Positions 1 through 9,600 of a DNA stretch of 64,000 bases are shown here, one piece after another. The notes under the pieces are model-generated. The model was not told the origin of the DNA. It did no database searches and was given only the letters and a program-made list of their open reading frames with translations. How positions within the stretch are numbered: the stretch's first letter is position 1; the number at the start of each line of letters is the position of its first letter. The translations under genes were made by a program, and so were the position numbers. Source of the DNA: an uncultured Gammaproteobacteria bacterium (GTDB lineage Bacteria > Cyanobacteriota > Vampirovibrionia > LMEP-6097); assembly GCA_964551135.1 (NCBI GenBank), contig CAZKAT010000005.1:198522-262521 (forward strand), in the 5' to 3' direction.

Positions 1-593
1 AATTCCCTAGCAAAAAATTCAAGACTATTAATAGATGTATAGAAAGTAATTGCTAAGCTAATTAAGAAAGATTGAAGGCGATTTGCAACAAAAAATTCTA
101 CTAATAAATTTAAACTCATTATACAAAGAAATACATCAAAACCAACTTGCATGGTTTGTGCTGTGACTGCATCTGCGTTGAATAGGGCTATAAATATGGT
201 ACCGATGAAATCAGTCCCATAATGATAATTTGACATAGTTATATCAAATGTCGAAGGAAATATTGGCGGATAAATATTATTCAAGGCAATACTTGCAGTA
301 AAGGGTATATGAAAATTATCAGGATTACCCCAAAGGCTATCACGTGCAGACATTAAATAAGCTATCAATAAGGCAAATATTAAAACAGCTAAATCCCACC
401 AATTAAACTTAGGTAATTGAACTTTATTTCTTAAGGTAAAGCAGCCGATTATCACCAAACCAATAGAGAGTTTTATTGCGAGGCAGGGGTTCTGAGTTAT
501 AAAAGAGAGTAAATGCGCCAAGAGTAGGGAGGCAGAGAAAATTAGAATAAAAAGTTTGGTTAAATAAGCACTCAAACTTAGAGAAGTTTTCAT
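1..593 (-). CDS. Polytopic membrane protein, N-terminal part only (the gene runs off the window edge). It belongs to the same paralog family as the 26221..28434 and 30103..32400 proteins.
   Basis: Reading the minus strand by hand from ATG 593..591 gives MKTSLSLSAYLTKLFILIFSASLLLAHLL..., with several hydrophobic helices. The loop motif NNIYPPIFPSTFDITMSNYHYGTDFIG matches NDYYPPRLL...FYHYGIDLVG and NNDYPPLLP...FYHYGIDLL in the two full-length paralogs. The ORF is absent from the supplied track because it is truncated by the window edge. Confidence 0.5.
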   Translation of the reverse strand, partial: MKTSLSLSAYLTKLFILIFSASLLLAHLLSFITQNPCLAIKLSIGLVIIGCFTLRNKVQLPKFNWWDLAVLIFALLIAYLMSARDSLWGNPDNFHIPFTASIALNNIYPPIFPSTFDITMSNYHYGTDFIGTIFIALFNADAVTAQTMQVGFDVFLCIMSLNLLVEFFVANRLQSFLISLAITFYTSINSLEFFARE

Positions 594-643
594 ATAATTA
601 TAATACCAGCAGCTGCAATATTTTACTGTTATAATAAGCGTCG

Positions 644-1456
644 ATGAAACAACCTTCAATACTAGTGTTCATACCAATGTATAACTGTGAGAAGCAGATA
701 GTAAGGGTACTGGCCAAGTTTGATGAAGAAACTCAAGCTCTTTTTTCTGAGATTTTAGCGGTTGATAATGGTAGTAAAGATAGAACTTTAGAAGCTACAG
801 AGCAAGCTTTTAAGAATTTAAAGCAAATCAAGACCACGCTGGTACAGAATGTAGATAATTATAGTCTTGGTGGTTCTCATAAAGTAGCTTTTAATTATGC
901 ACTTGCTAATAACTATGATTATGTTGTAGTTCTTCATGGGGATGATCAAGGTGATATCCATGATTTAATACCTTATATTAAGAATGGTGAATACCAAAAT
1001 TACGATTCTATCTTGGGTGCAAGATTTGCTAAAGGATCTAAATTAGTAGGTTATTCATTAATTCGAATCTTAGGTAATTGGGGACTTAATGCTTTCTGCT
1101 CAATAGCTACTGGCAAATGGGTTGCAGATATGGGATCTGGTTTAAATATGTATAAGACAAGCTATTTAAAAGATAGATTTTATCTCTATTTCCCTAATAC
1201 TTTAGCTTATAACGTTTATATGCTTTTTTATGGTATTCATACTAAATCAAAGTTCAAGTTTTTTCCTTTAACCTGGAGAGAAGAAGACCAAGTTAGTAAC
1301 GCTAAGATTTTTGATGTGGGATATAAGATTCTGAAATTGATTATGAAATATATTTTCAAACGTAAGGAATTATTCTCGCGTGAACCAAACCAATTCTCGG
1401 TGATTGATTATCAATCTAGGACTGTGTTTCAGAAAGAAGCTTTTGCAAAGACTTAA
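644..1456 (+). CDS. Family-2 glycosyltransferase, a DPM1/ArnC/GtrB-like polyprenol-phosphate sugar synthase type.
   Basis: Typical GT2 N-terminus (LVFIPMYNCEKQI), a DNGS (DxD-like) motif and HGDDQ. About 60% identical to the ORF at 20876..21685. The 3' end overlaps the SDR gene by 4 nt in a convergent arrangement. Confidence 0.8.
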   Translation: MKQPSILVFIPMYNCEKQIVRVLAKFDEETQALFSEILAVDNGSKDRTLEATEQAFKNLKQIKTTLVQNVDNYSLGGSHKVAFNYALANNYDYVVVLHGDDQGDIHDLIPYIKNGEYQNYDSILGARFAKGSKLVGYSLIRILGNWGLNAFCSIATGKWVADMGSGLNMYKTSYLKDRFYLYFPNTLAYNVYMLFYGIHTKSKFKFFPLTWREEDQVSNAKIFDVGYKILKLIMKYIFKRKELFSREPNQFSVIDYQSRTVFQKEAFAKT

Positions 1457-2130
1457 TTATGCCACTCTAAAGTCGGGAATAATTTAATAGTCTTGAATTC
1501 TATATTTGCTGGGCTGTTTACTATATAGCTTATTAGTTTGCTTATTTCTTGTGTAGGCATAGCTTCTGTTACATCTCCACATGGATATGGATTACTAGGA
1601 TTCCAAAGAGGTGTATTAATTCCGCCTGGATGAATACTAACTACTTTAATTCCTTTACTACGAAGTTCCTTGCCTAATACTCCGGCAAATCCAGTCAGTG
1701 CATACTTAGATGCGCAGTAGATGGACTGTTTCTCTAATTCTTCTAAGCCTGCAACTGAATTGATAAATATAATTCGACTATCTTTAGATAGTAAGTCGAT
1801 AGCATATTTGCAAACATAGAGAGCACCTTTGAGATTGGTATCAATAATGCTGTTAATAGTATCTATATCTGTGTCACAAAACTCTGCCATCGTAAAAGTA
1901 GCTGCATTATTTATTAGTAAGTCTATTGATTCATTTTTAAGTCCTGCAAACGCAGCTTGAACTGATTTGTGATCTTTAATATCAACGATCTTTTGTATAT
2001 AGTTCTTAGAGTCAATTGCAGCTGGCTTTCTTGATAAACCGATAACTCGCCAACCCTCATTTGTAAAATGACGAGCAAGTTCCAAACCCAATCCACTACT
2101 GCTTCCGGTAATGACTACTGTCTTAGGCAT
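1453..2130 (-). CDS. Short-chain dehydrogenase/reductase (SDR) family oxidoreductase.
   Basis: TGSSSGLGLEL Rossmann motif, NNAA motif and the YxxxK catalytic dyad (YCASK). I moved the start to the internal ATG at 2130 (MPKTVVITG) so the gene no longer overlaps the upstream cyclase gene. Confidence 0.85.
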   Translation of the reverse strand: MPKTVVITGSSSGLGLELARHFTNEGWRVIGLSRKPAAIDSKNYIQKIVDIKDHKSVQAAFAGLKNESIDLLINNAATFTMAEFCDTDIDTINSIIDTNLKGALYVCKYAIDLLSKDSRIIFINSVAGLEELEKQSIYCASKYALTGFAGVLGKELRSKGIKVVSIHPGGINTPLWNPSNPYPCGDVTEAMPTQEISKLISYIVNSPANIEFKTIKLFPTLEWHN

Positions 2131-3268
2131 TACACATCCTTTCGTATAATTCTGCTGCTGCTTTAATCTCTTCGACTCTAACATCGTTAAGTATTCTATA
2201 ATTGCCTATCGCTATTGGCACGGGTAAGTATTGATTATCATTTCTATGTTTGCAAGTATCAGCTAAGGCTTCCTGTAATAGATCAATATTGGTGAAGTCT
2301 TTATGGTAAGTTGGTAACCTTAGATTCTTGGCAGTTTTAAATATGCGTAATAAATCCTTGTCATTTAAATATTGACGATTATGTGCCAAGCAAGAGCTAA
2401 GCAAACAATCCATAACTACAGCTTCACCATGAAATATATGTGGAAGATTTCTCATTTCAATTAATGGACTAAATGAATGTCCAAAATCAACACAACGCTC
2501 TAACTTCTTCTCCCAAAGATTCGGAGCTAACTCATCTATCATGCCAGTAATAGCAAGGTTAATGACGCGTACTGGTACTGCACCAAACTGAAACTTCTCG
2601 TCTATCAATTGGTCATAGTTTACTTCTAGTAGTTCAAACAAAGTACTATCTTTAATAAGTGCCAGTTTGAATATCTCTGCAAGTCCGTTGACTATCTCTC
2701 TTTGTTCTTGAGTGTTGATGAATTTCTTATCGATTAATGCTGCAATAGGAGGATAATAACTACCTAAGCGGTTTCTTCTATCTAAGTGATTGATTCCAGT
2801 TTTAGAACCAACACTAGCATCTACTATCGCAAGTAAGGTTGTAGGTACTTTTACGTAAGGTATACCTCTTCTATAAATGCTGGCACAGAATCCCACTAGA
2901 TCCAGTAAAACACCGCCACCTATTGCAATTACGGGTTCTGCACGACGCAGTATGCCTGCTTCTTCAAAAAACTTTAAAACATGATCAGTATTTTCCCAAT
3001 TCTTGTCTTCTTCTTTTGCATCAATAACGCATATTTTCAATTCTGTTTTTAGTGTTGAGAAGTAATTTTTTATATCATCACCATAGAGTTTATAAACGGT
3101 TTTATCAATAACGATTATGCGTCTATTGGAGCTGCCATAATTAAGCAAGTCATGATTATTAGGATTAAAAACATCACTTGAGTATTTTATAGAAAATGAT
3201 ACTGGCAACTCTGCTTGAACAGACCATGCTCTCTTGTAATTATCGAAATTAATTAATATATTTTCCAT
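2123..3268 (-). CDS. Sugar-phosphate cyclase of the 3-dehydroquinate-synthase superfamily (DHQS / EEVS / DOIS-like).
   Basis: GGGVLLDLVGF nucleotide-binding loop, VPTTLLAIVDASVGSKTGIN, and the metal-ligand block VDFGHSF...HGEAVVMD, which follows the DHQS LNFGHT...HGEAVAIG pattern. The start codon shares one nucleotide with the upstream kinase stop (TAATG). Confidence 0.75.
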   Translation of the reverse strand: MENILINFDNYKRAWSVQAELPVSFSIKYSSDVFNPNNHDLLNYGSSNRRIIVIDKTVYKLYGDDIKNYFSTLKTELKICVIDAKEEDKNWENTDHVLKFFEEAGILRRAEPVIAIGGGVLLDLVGFCASIYRRGIPYVKVPTTLLAIVDASVGSKTGINHLDRRNRLGSYYPPIAALIDKKFINTQEQREIVNGLAEIFKLALIKDSTLFELLEVNYDQLIDEKFQFGAVPVRVINLAITGMIDELAPNLWEKKLERCVDFGHSFSPLIEMRNLPHIFHGEAVVMDCLLSSCLAHNRQYLNDKDLLRIFKTAKNLRLPTYHKDFTNIDLLQEALADTCKHRNDNQYLPVPIAIGNYRILNDVRVEEIKAAAELYERMCNA

Positions 3269-4233
3269 TAGTTATAAATTTTACTCAATAAATAGCAAGC
3301 GTGCACATAAAAAAACTTCGCATCATTAAGATTGCCTGCGTAACATTTGAAGGGTAACATTCTAATAAATTGAGTTGCTTCAAGTATATTCACCAATAGC
3401 ATTTCCTTATCATTTAATTCTTGTTTAAGTCTTCCTTCAAAACAAGAATTAAAACTATTAAAGGATGGAGGTATGCTTAAGTTATGTGATACAGTATTCC
3501 CTTGAACTTGCTTTTCATTATCATTCAAGAAACCATAATGACTACGACTGCATTGTAAGACTTGTGAATAATCAAGAAACTTAGAGTCAATAATGCTCTC
3601 TTCATATAAGTCAATAAAAACTATTCGATTCTCTTTCTCTATATAAAGAGTGTTTTCTAAGGTTGGATTACCATGAATAAATTGTTCTTCTGGAAGATTA
3701 ATATGACTAAAAAAAGTTTCTAGTTTATGGAAATGATTTTCTAAGTTAGGAACAGTTTGTCCATTATAAGAGTATATTTCATAGTTACAAAAATCTGAAA
3801 ATTCTTTTGATGCTTGTTTGGCATCTGCAAGTTTTTGACTAACCTCTTCCTTGAAATAAAGTGAGCAAGCTCCTTTGTTAGCAGCAAAAGTCATGGAGTG
3901 TAGTTCATTAAATGCAGACCAAAGTGCAGAGTTAATTTTTTCAATTTCATTTATTTCTAGATTCTTGTTTATAAAAAGATTCTTGATATCTACAGCATCA
4001 GGGAAGTATTCAATATCAAAATATGCTCTATCACCCTTGTAACCTACTTCTAATACTTTGGGAAACAGGTCAGGGAAGCTCTTTGCGTAACGCTGTAGTT
4101 TTTTTAATTGAGAATACCAGCGCACGTAACCGTATTCACGATCAGATTTGGTGCTAATTTCTTTGCGTATAAAACGTTGGTCCACCAAAAAGGTTGAACT
4201 CAAGGAGCCACCTTTTAATTGCACTATACTCAT
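3268..4233 (-). CDS. Protein with the kinase fold of the aminoglycoside phosphotransferase / choline kinase / AmgK family.
   Basis: Gly-rich loop LKGGSLSSTF. The Brenner-like catalytic loop reads IHGNPTLEN, with Asn where the canonical Asp sits. A FIDLYEE (DFG/DxE-like) segment follows. Its stop overlaps the cyclase start, and the upstream nucleotidyltransferase stop overlaps its start. Confidence 0.6.
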   Translation of the reverse strand: MSIVQLKGGSLSSTFLVDQRFIRKEISTKSDREYGYVRWYSQLKKLQRYAKSFPDLFPKVLEVGYKGDRAYFDIEYFPDAVDIKNLFINKNLEINEIEKINSALWSAFNELHSMTFAANKGACSLYFKEEVSQKLADAKQASKEFSDFCNYEIYSYNGQTVPNLENHFHKLETFFSHINLPEEQFIHGNPTLENTLYIEKENRIVFIDLYEESIIDSKFLDYSQVLQCSRSHYGFLNDNEKQVQGNTVSHNLSIPPSFNSFNSCFEGRLKQELNDKEMLLVNILEATQFIRMLPFKCYAGNLNDAKFFYVHACYLLSKIYN

Positions 4234-4964
4234 AAGTTAAGTCTTTTCTTAGCCAGTTCAATTCCATACTCTTGCGGGCTACCGAGAACTATTGTTTCAG
4301 GGAAATGTTCTAGTTCATTTACTGCAATAGTTTTACCATTGCTAAGCATATGAGACATTACGTTTGAAATATATAACTCAGTATCTTTAGCTATGCTGTC
4401 AGAAAAAATATTGTAATTCTCTAAATATGAATTGGCACTTTGAAAACAATACAAGCCAGAACTAGCGAAAGGAGAAATAGCTTTTTTCTCTGCTATCTCT
4501 ACTACCTTACCATCAGAGGATTTGATATAACAATATTTAGGTGAGTTAGCTATGAACACGTCTATAAAAGCATCGTGTTTTTTCAAGGCTTCTTCAATTT
4601 TATTGAAATCGCGATTAATTAATATAGTGTCAGCGTTGTGAATAAAAAGAGGTGCCTTATGATCAGCAACTAATTGAGCACCAATTGCAGCTGTTTCAGC
4701 TTGACCTGTAGTATCCCCAATATAATATATACTTTCTTCATTTAAGCCTAGTGGTTCGATGTTTTCTAATAATTTATTCTTAAAATAGGAATCTCTTTTA
4801 TTAGCAAGTAAAATTACCTGACCAAAATCATAACCTTTCATCAGGTCATTTAATAGTTCTTGAATTATAGTAGTTTCACCCCATGGCAATAAATACTTAG
4901 GAATGTCGAAACCGACATCATGAAATCTTGTATTTAAGCCAGCCATGCATATTATTAAAGCCAT
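4230..4964 (-). CDS. Sugar-phosphate or alcohol-phosphate nucleotidyltransferase (LicC / MurU / IspD-like NTP-transferase fold).
   Basis: N-terminal MAGLNTRF aligns to the (A)AGxGTRL nucleotidyltransferase signature with a Gly-to-Asn change. Size and layout match small nucleotidyltransferases. It is translationally coupled to the kinase gene. Confidence 0.6.
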   Translation of the reverse strand: MALIICMAGLNTRFHDVGFDIPKYLLPWGETTIIQELLNDLMKGYDFGQVILLANKRDSYFKNKLLENIEPLGLNEESIYYIGDTTGQAETAAIGAQLVADHKAPLFIHNADTILINRDFNKIEEALKKHDAFIDVFIANSPKYCYIKSSDGKVVEIAEKKAISPFASSGLYCFQSANSYLENYNIFSDSIAKDTELYISNVMSHMLSNGKTIAVNELEHFPETIVLGSPQEYGIELAKKRLNL

Positions 4965-5269
4965 TAGTAAAATCCTATATAAATCTACAGGCTTAATATT
5001 AGCAGATTAGGGTGGATGAAGGTAAACTTTGGTGTTTTTGGATTGACAACTTAGTAAAGATTCTTTGATCTGGTTATAAAGCAAATACATATATTACTCC
5101 TAATAGCAATGTAGGCATGAAGTAAAGTATTTTTGAAAAATCTAAACCTATCTTGGTTGATATAAACATTAAGAGCTTAGGCTATGAGAGTAAGTTATAT
5201 GGTGATGTCAAAAAAGGCGAGTTAATAGTGATAAGTGTAGTTATAGAGAAGTATAATTATTATAATACG

Positions 5270-5926
5270 ATGAAAAGACTTTTACTTTTTTTATTGATTA
5301 TCATCTCCTGTAGAACTACTTTTGCTAAAAGTTTTTTGGCTAATTTGAATTTTAAAAATATTGATAATGCAACTACACTTGTTACAAATTTAAGTCAAAA
5401 CCCTTCTGGTCAGAATCTGAATGGGTTTGGTATCAGTTTATTTGCAGACATGGCTACAGAAGATTTGCTTGTCCAATTTATTTTAAGTGAGGATGATTTT
5501 AATAATCTTAGTCCTGGAGATACTATTCCTCTTATCTATTTATCGACAACACCAGAACTGGGAATCATTCCAATTGAAGTTGGGCTTGTAAATACCTCAT
5601 TTAACATTACACAAAGAGCTGATATGAAAAAAATAAAAAAAGAAGGTGTTGTAAAAACTGTGACTCAATATATTCAATATGAACCAAGCCCATTAAATGA
5701 AGAAGAATTTGGCAGTTTTACAATAATTCAAAATAATGAAAATATTCTTGAAGCCAATTTTGTAATTAATTATGGAAAATTTATAGCTAGTTATTATAAT
5801 GTAATCATTCAATATGATAGAGGTATTACTTCACAATATATCGTAAGGTCTGATAAAACGAAAAATATTCTTCTAAGAAAAGATCTTAAGATTTCTGGTA
5901 CTTGTGTTGTTGATAAAACGGAATGA
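5270..5926 (+). CDS. Hypothetical secreted protein or lipoprotein.
   Basis: I moved the start to the internal ATG at 5270. The N-terminus is then MKRLLLFLLIIISCRTTFA, a signal-peptide-like stretch with a possible lipobox (IISC). No recognisable domain. Confidence 0.4.
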   Translation: MKRLLLFLLIIISCRTTFAKSFLANLNFKNIDNATTLVTNLSQNPSGQNLNGFGISLFADMATEDLLVQFILSEDDFNNLSPGDTIPLIYLSTTPELGIIPIEVGLVNTSFNITQRADMKKIKKEGVVKTVTQYIQYEPSPLNEEEFGSFTIIQNNENILEANFVINYGKFIASYYNVIIQYDRGITSQYIVRSDKTKNILLRKDLKISGTCVVDKTE

Positions 5927-5954
5927 ATCCAAGTTTAGTTAACTTAAAACCTAG

Positions 5955-6641
5955 TTAATCTATCCAACCTTGTTCTTTTGCATAAGCCTTAAGTTTATCG
6001 AAATTAGACATGGTTTCTTTAATATAATTCAACTCAAAAATTCTTGAACCTGGAGGTATGTCTTTAATAGCGAGATCAAAAAAATCTAAGAATTCTGTTA
6101 CAAGTTCTTTTTCATCTACGCAATAATAAGCCACACAAGTCCTACCCTCTATAACAAGATCATCATGATCATTATTGTTCTTTGTCATTGCTTCTATCAA
6201 AAAATTAATATCCTGAATAGTTTCTATTCTATATGTTCCATCATCATTATAGGGCGCTCCTAATTTCTCTTGACCGTAAAATCCAAATGAAGCATAGAAA
6301 TTAGCTTGATACGGATTTCTTATAACTGTTAATTTAAGTCCATAGGCTTCCTCATAATACTCGGAAAAAACAAACTTACTTAGGTCATCTTGGTCATTAT
6401 TTATAAAAAACTGTATTAAACACATTATGCAAAATATTGCACAAGAAACATAATAACCATGACCTACCATAGTTAAAGCTTTGCCGTCGTATTCACGTTC
6501 CCATGCGAATTGGCCATAATTAGGTATGTTAGAATCACAGGGTTTTTCTCTATTAGTAATTTGAAAGAAGGGTTCCCTATCGTAATTTTTAAAATAACCA
6601 TTAACTACATCGATAGGTTTTTTACGAGTTATATTAAACAT
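5955..6641 (-). CDS. Hypothetical protein co-transcribed directly downstream of the giant gene. It may be a partner or immunity-like protein for the giant protein's C-terminal domain.
   Basis: Its start codon (6641..6639) is separated from the giant gene's TAA stop (6645..6643) by one nucleotide. No recognisable motif. It has one hydrophobic segment (YYVSCAIFCIMCLIQFFI). Confidence 0.5.
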   Translation of the reverse strand: MFNITRKKPIDVVNGYFKNYDREPFFQITNREKPCDSNIPNYGQFAWEREYDGKALTMVGHGYYVSCAIFCIMCLIQFFINNDQDDLSKFVFSEYYEEAYGLKLTVIRNPYQANFYASFGFYGQEKLGAPYNDDGTYRIETIQDINFLIEAMTKNNNDHDDLVIEGRTCVAYYCVDEKELVTEFLDFFDLAIKDIPPGSRIFELNYIKETMSNFDKLKAYAKEQGWID

Positions 6642-6642
6642 T

Positions 6643-9600
6643 TTAAATACCTGGATTATCCTTATATAAAGGGAAAGTTGTAATTATAGAATTCTCTTGT
6701 TTTACATTTGTCGACCTTGTTGGAACTTGTATGCGATTAGAATATAATTGGTCTGAAGGATATTTATTAAAGGACTTAGACTGTCCGATGTTTCTATTAT
6801 ATTTTTTCTGAAAAACAGTATCTAGCTTATTGCTTCCTGCAAATCCTCTATTAGAACTTGTTGAATTTATAATTAGATCCTCAATAAGCTTGACAATATT
6901 CTCAGAACTATAAAATTTAGTGTCGATTTTATCGCTGCCAGCTAATATTCTAGGGATTATTGTTCTCCAGCCATGATTTTCCAGGACATGCTGTAATCCA
7001 CTATAAGTTAACCAATACACCTTATAATTTCTCCATTCCTCTCCAACAATAGATTGTTTAGCATCCCTTGACTCAAAAATTCTAAAAGTTCCTTTTTCTC
7101 TTACACCATGATTTGAATATACAATGTGATCTGCTAAAGAATTACAGAAACCTTTTGCTATAGTAGTTGGTGAACCTCCTTGTTGATTGGCATAATTAGA
7201 ACTAACTGTCACAGTTTCGGGTAAAACTCTTCTCAGATCATCACCGATTGATCCTAATTCATTTGGATATAATGGATAGTTACCATAGCTTGTGCTAACT
7301 CCACTAGCTCTCATCTCAGCATAAGTAAGATTCGCCTGAAAAGCAAAATCAACTATTTCATTCAATGCGGTCGTACTTGAAACAGGTAAAGGACCAAGAA
7401 GTTTTAATCTATTTTCAATTTCATTTGTTATACAAATTGGTATAAAATTACTTTTTTTAGTAAGTTTGACTATCGGTACTCGTTTTATAATCTCGTCCGA
7501 GTCTACATCTGGGAATAAATAAGCCCAATCTTCGTCCATAAGTAGACCCGTATTAGGGATTTCTATACCGTTAGGAATAATAGCAGGCAAGGTTGTTTTG
7601 TAGGAAGTAAGTGATTTTTTGCTTCCATTATCATCAACCGTGAACTCATATTTACCTGATTCTTCAAGCTGTGCAAGATTAATTAGACCACCTTGTATCC
7701 TATTACATGAACCATTGTATTCATCTTCACAAATTACAATCTGACCTTTGTTTGTGGAACTAATAATTTCAAGGCTATATTTCTGTCCTTGTTCTAATAT
7801 AGTGGCTATATTACCAGTCCCGTCTTTATATTTAAGTTCAATATATTTTGTTCGAGTTCCTGCTCCTACTAGACTCATGAAAGGAATCACCTTGCGTTCT
7901 TCATATATTTCGCTAGCACTAGAACTAAGATTTACCTTTTCTGTTTTATTTTCAAGAACAACTTTATATAAGAAGTATCCAGCTGCTACCGTTACACCAG
8001 CAAACACAAATAATGGCACCTCAATTGGAGCTAATATAAAGCTAGCTCCTGCCAATGCAACTCCACCACTAACTGCTACTAAAGCTTGACTGTCATTTGA
8101 AGTATCATCATTTAATAGTAGTTTTTGATCAACCCCAGCCGTTTGCTTACTTGTCAAGATCGCTTTTTTACTTACAGCAGCTTTTTCGCCTGGAGTAGTA
8201 ATATCTAGTTCCGGGTCACCTTCTTGATAAGTAGTTATTTCATAACTTAATTCTCTCGCAAAACCGTTTTCTAGATTAATGAGTGACTGAAACTTTGCTT
8301 CATTTCCTTCTTCTCCAAATTCTAGGAAATCATCGTACTTAACTTTTAGAACAGGATCATCAATAATAAAGAACTCCGCAGTCTGACTTAATCTCTGATT
8401 ATCAAAGTATGCTTCTAGAATATATTCTTTAATATCTTCGATCTGCTTAAATGGAACAATGGTAGAAATATTATAAGTATACTCATCAGTGTTAATAGTT
8501 GGATTTACAGAGCTTACTGTTACTAGGTTTAATGCTTCTTTATTACTAGCTTTATCTATCAGTTTGAAACTGATTTTATTAGCTTCTTCATCTTTAATGC
8601 CTGTAAATGTAATTGTTCTATTGAAAGTATAATCTTCACCAGCTTTAGCATAGATTACATTTGGTTCACCACCATTGTTACCGGAGCCTTGATCACCCAG
8701 ATCATTTATTCCATTGATACCGAAAGTTATGATAGGTTCTGTATCACCCACCAACATAAATCTACGTGAGACTGGTAGATTCCTTACTTCTCTTCCTGGC
8801 TGTGGTGTATGTATTAATTGAGCATTTAATATATATTCTGATCCTGCCTTGCCAGATGTAATATCTTTTAAATTTACTTCTAAGTATTTTCCGTCTAAAT
8901 TTGAAATCCGATTTGATATATAAATTCCAAGTGGATCTATAAGATTATCAGTATTGGTGCTTAGATCATCTATATATAGCTCTACTCCATAAATGGATTC
9001 TGGATCAGGCTCTGTAGTAATGATGACTTTGTAATCCTTGGCTGCTGGAACAGGGTTTGAAATATTTGCTAATAATGCATTATTGAAAATGATATCCCCA
9101 TCAGCAATATTTTTTAAATAAGTTACACCGCAAACTACTGCAGTATTAGTATCAGAATCGGAACTAATAACAGAAGGGTCTGCATTGACTTTAGATACAA
9201 TAAAATTAAAAGTAACTTTATTTGTATTTTCTGGTATATCTAATCTGCTAAGTAAGAGATATCCTTCTCTTACATTCTTGATCGTATAATTAGGAACATC
9301 TAATTCTATACTCTGTCCATCAATTGTTTCAAAATCTGCATATGAATATGCTTGACCATGATTAAAGGTATTGTTGGTAGCTAAATCATCTTGTTTAACC
9401 CATAATCTAGCTCCTTTTCTACTTGCAGATTCAAATTTTACTTTTAGATTTCTGATTTCATTAATATCTGAACTGATATGAGAATGTCTGCGTTTGCTAA
9501 GTGAATCGTTAGTTTCATTCGGAAGTTCAATCCAGCACCTGTTTTGAAAGTCTGCTTTAATTTGTACTTTACGAGTTCGATTCGGATCATTTTCACTTAC

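Noticed and set aside
2123-3268. The cyclase gene as ordinary aroB (3-dehydroquinate synthase) of the shikimate pathway.
   Set aside because: No shikimate-pathway neighbours are present. The coupled kinase is APH-fold, not a P-loop shikimate kinase. The gene is embedded in a glycan locus between a nucleotidyltransferase and an SDR. AroB identity cannot be excluded without phylogeny, so this remains a caveat rather than a firm rejection.
5041-5080. Sigma-70-like promoter (TTGACA at 5043-5048) in the divergent region upstream of the 5270 ORF.
   Set aside because: The only downstream hexamers at about 17-bp spacing (TGATCT) are poor -10 matches. In AT-rich DNA such hexamers occur by chance, and there is not enough evidence to call it.
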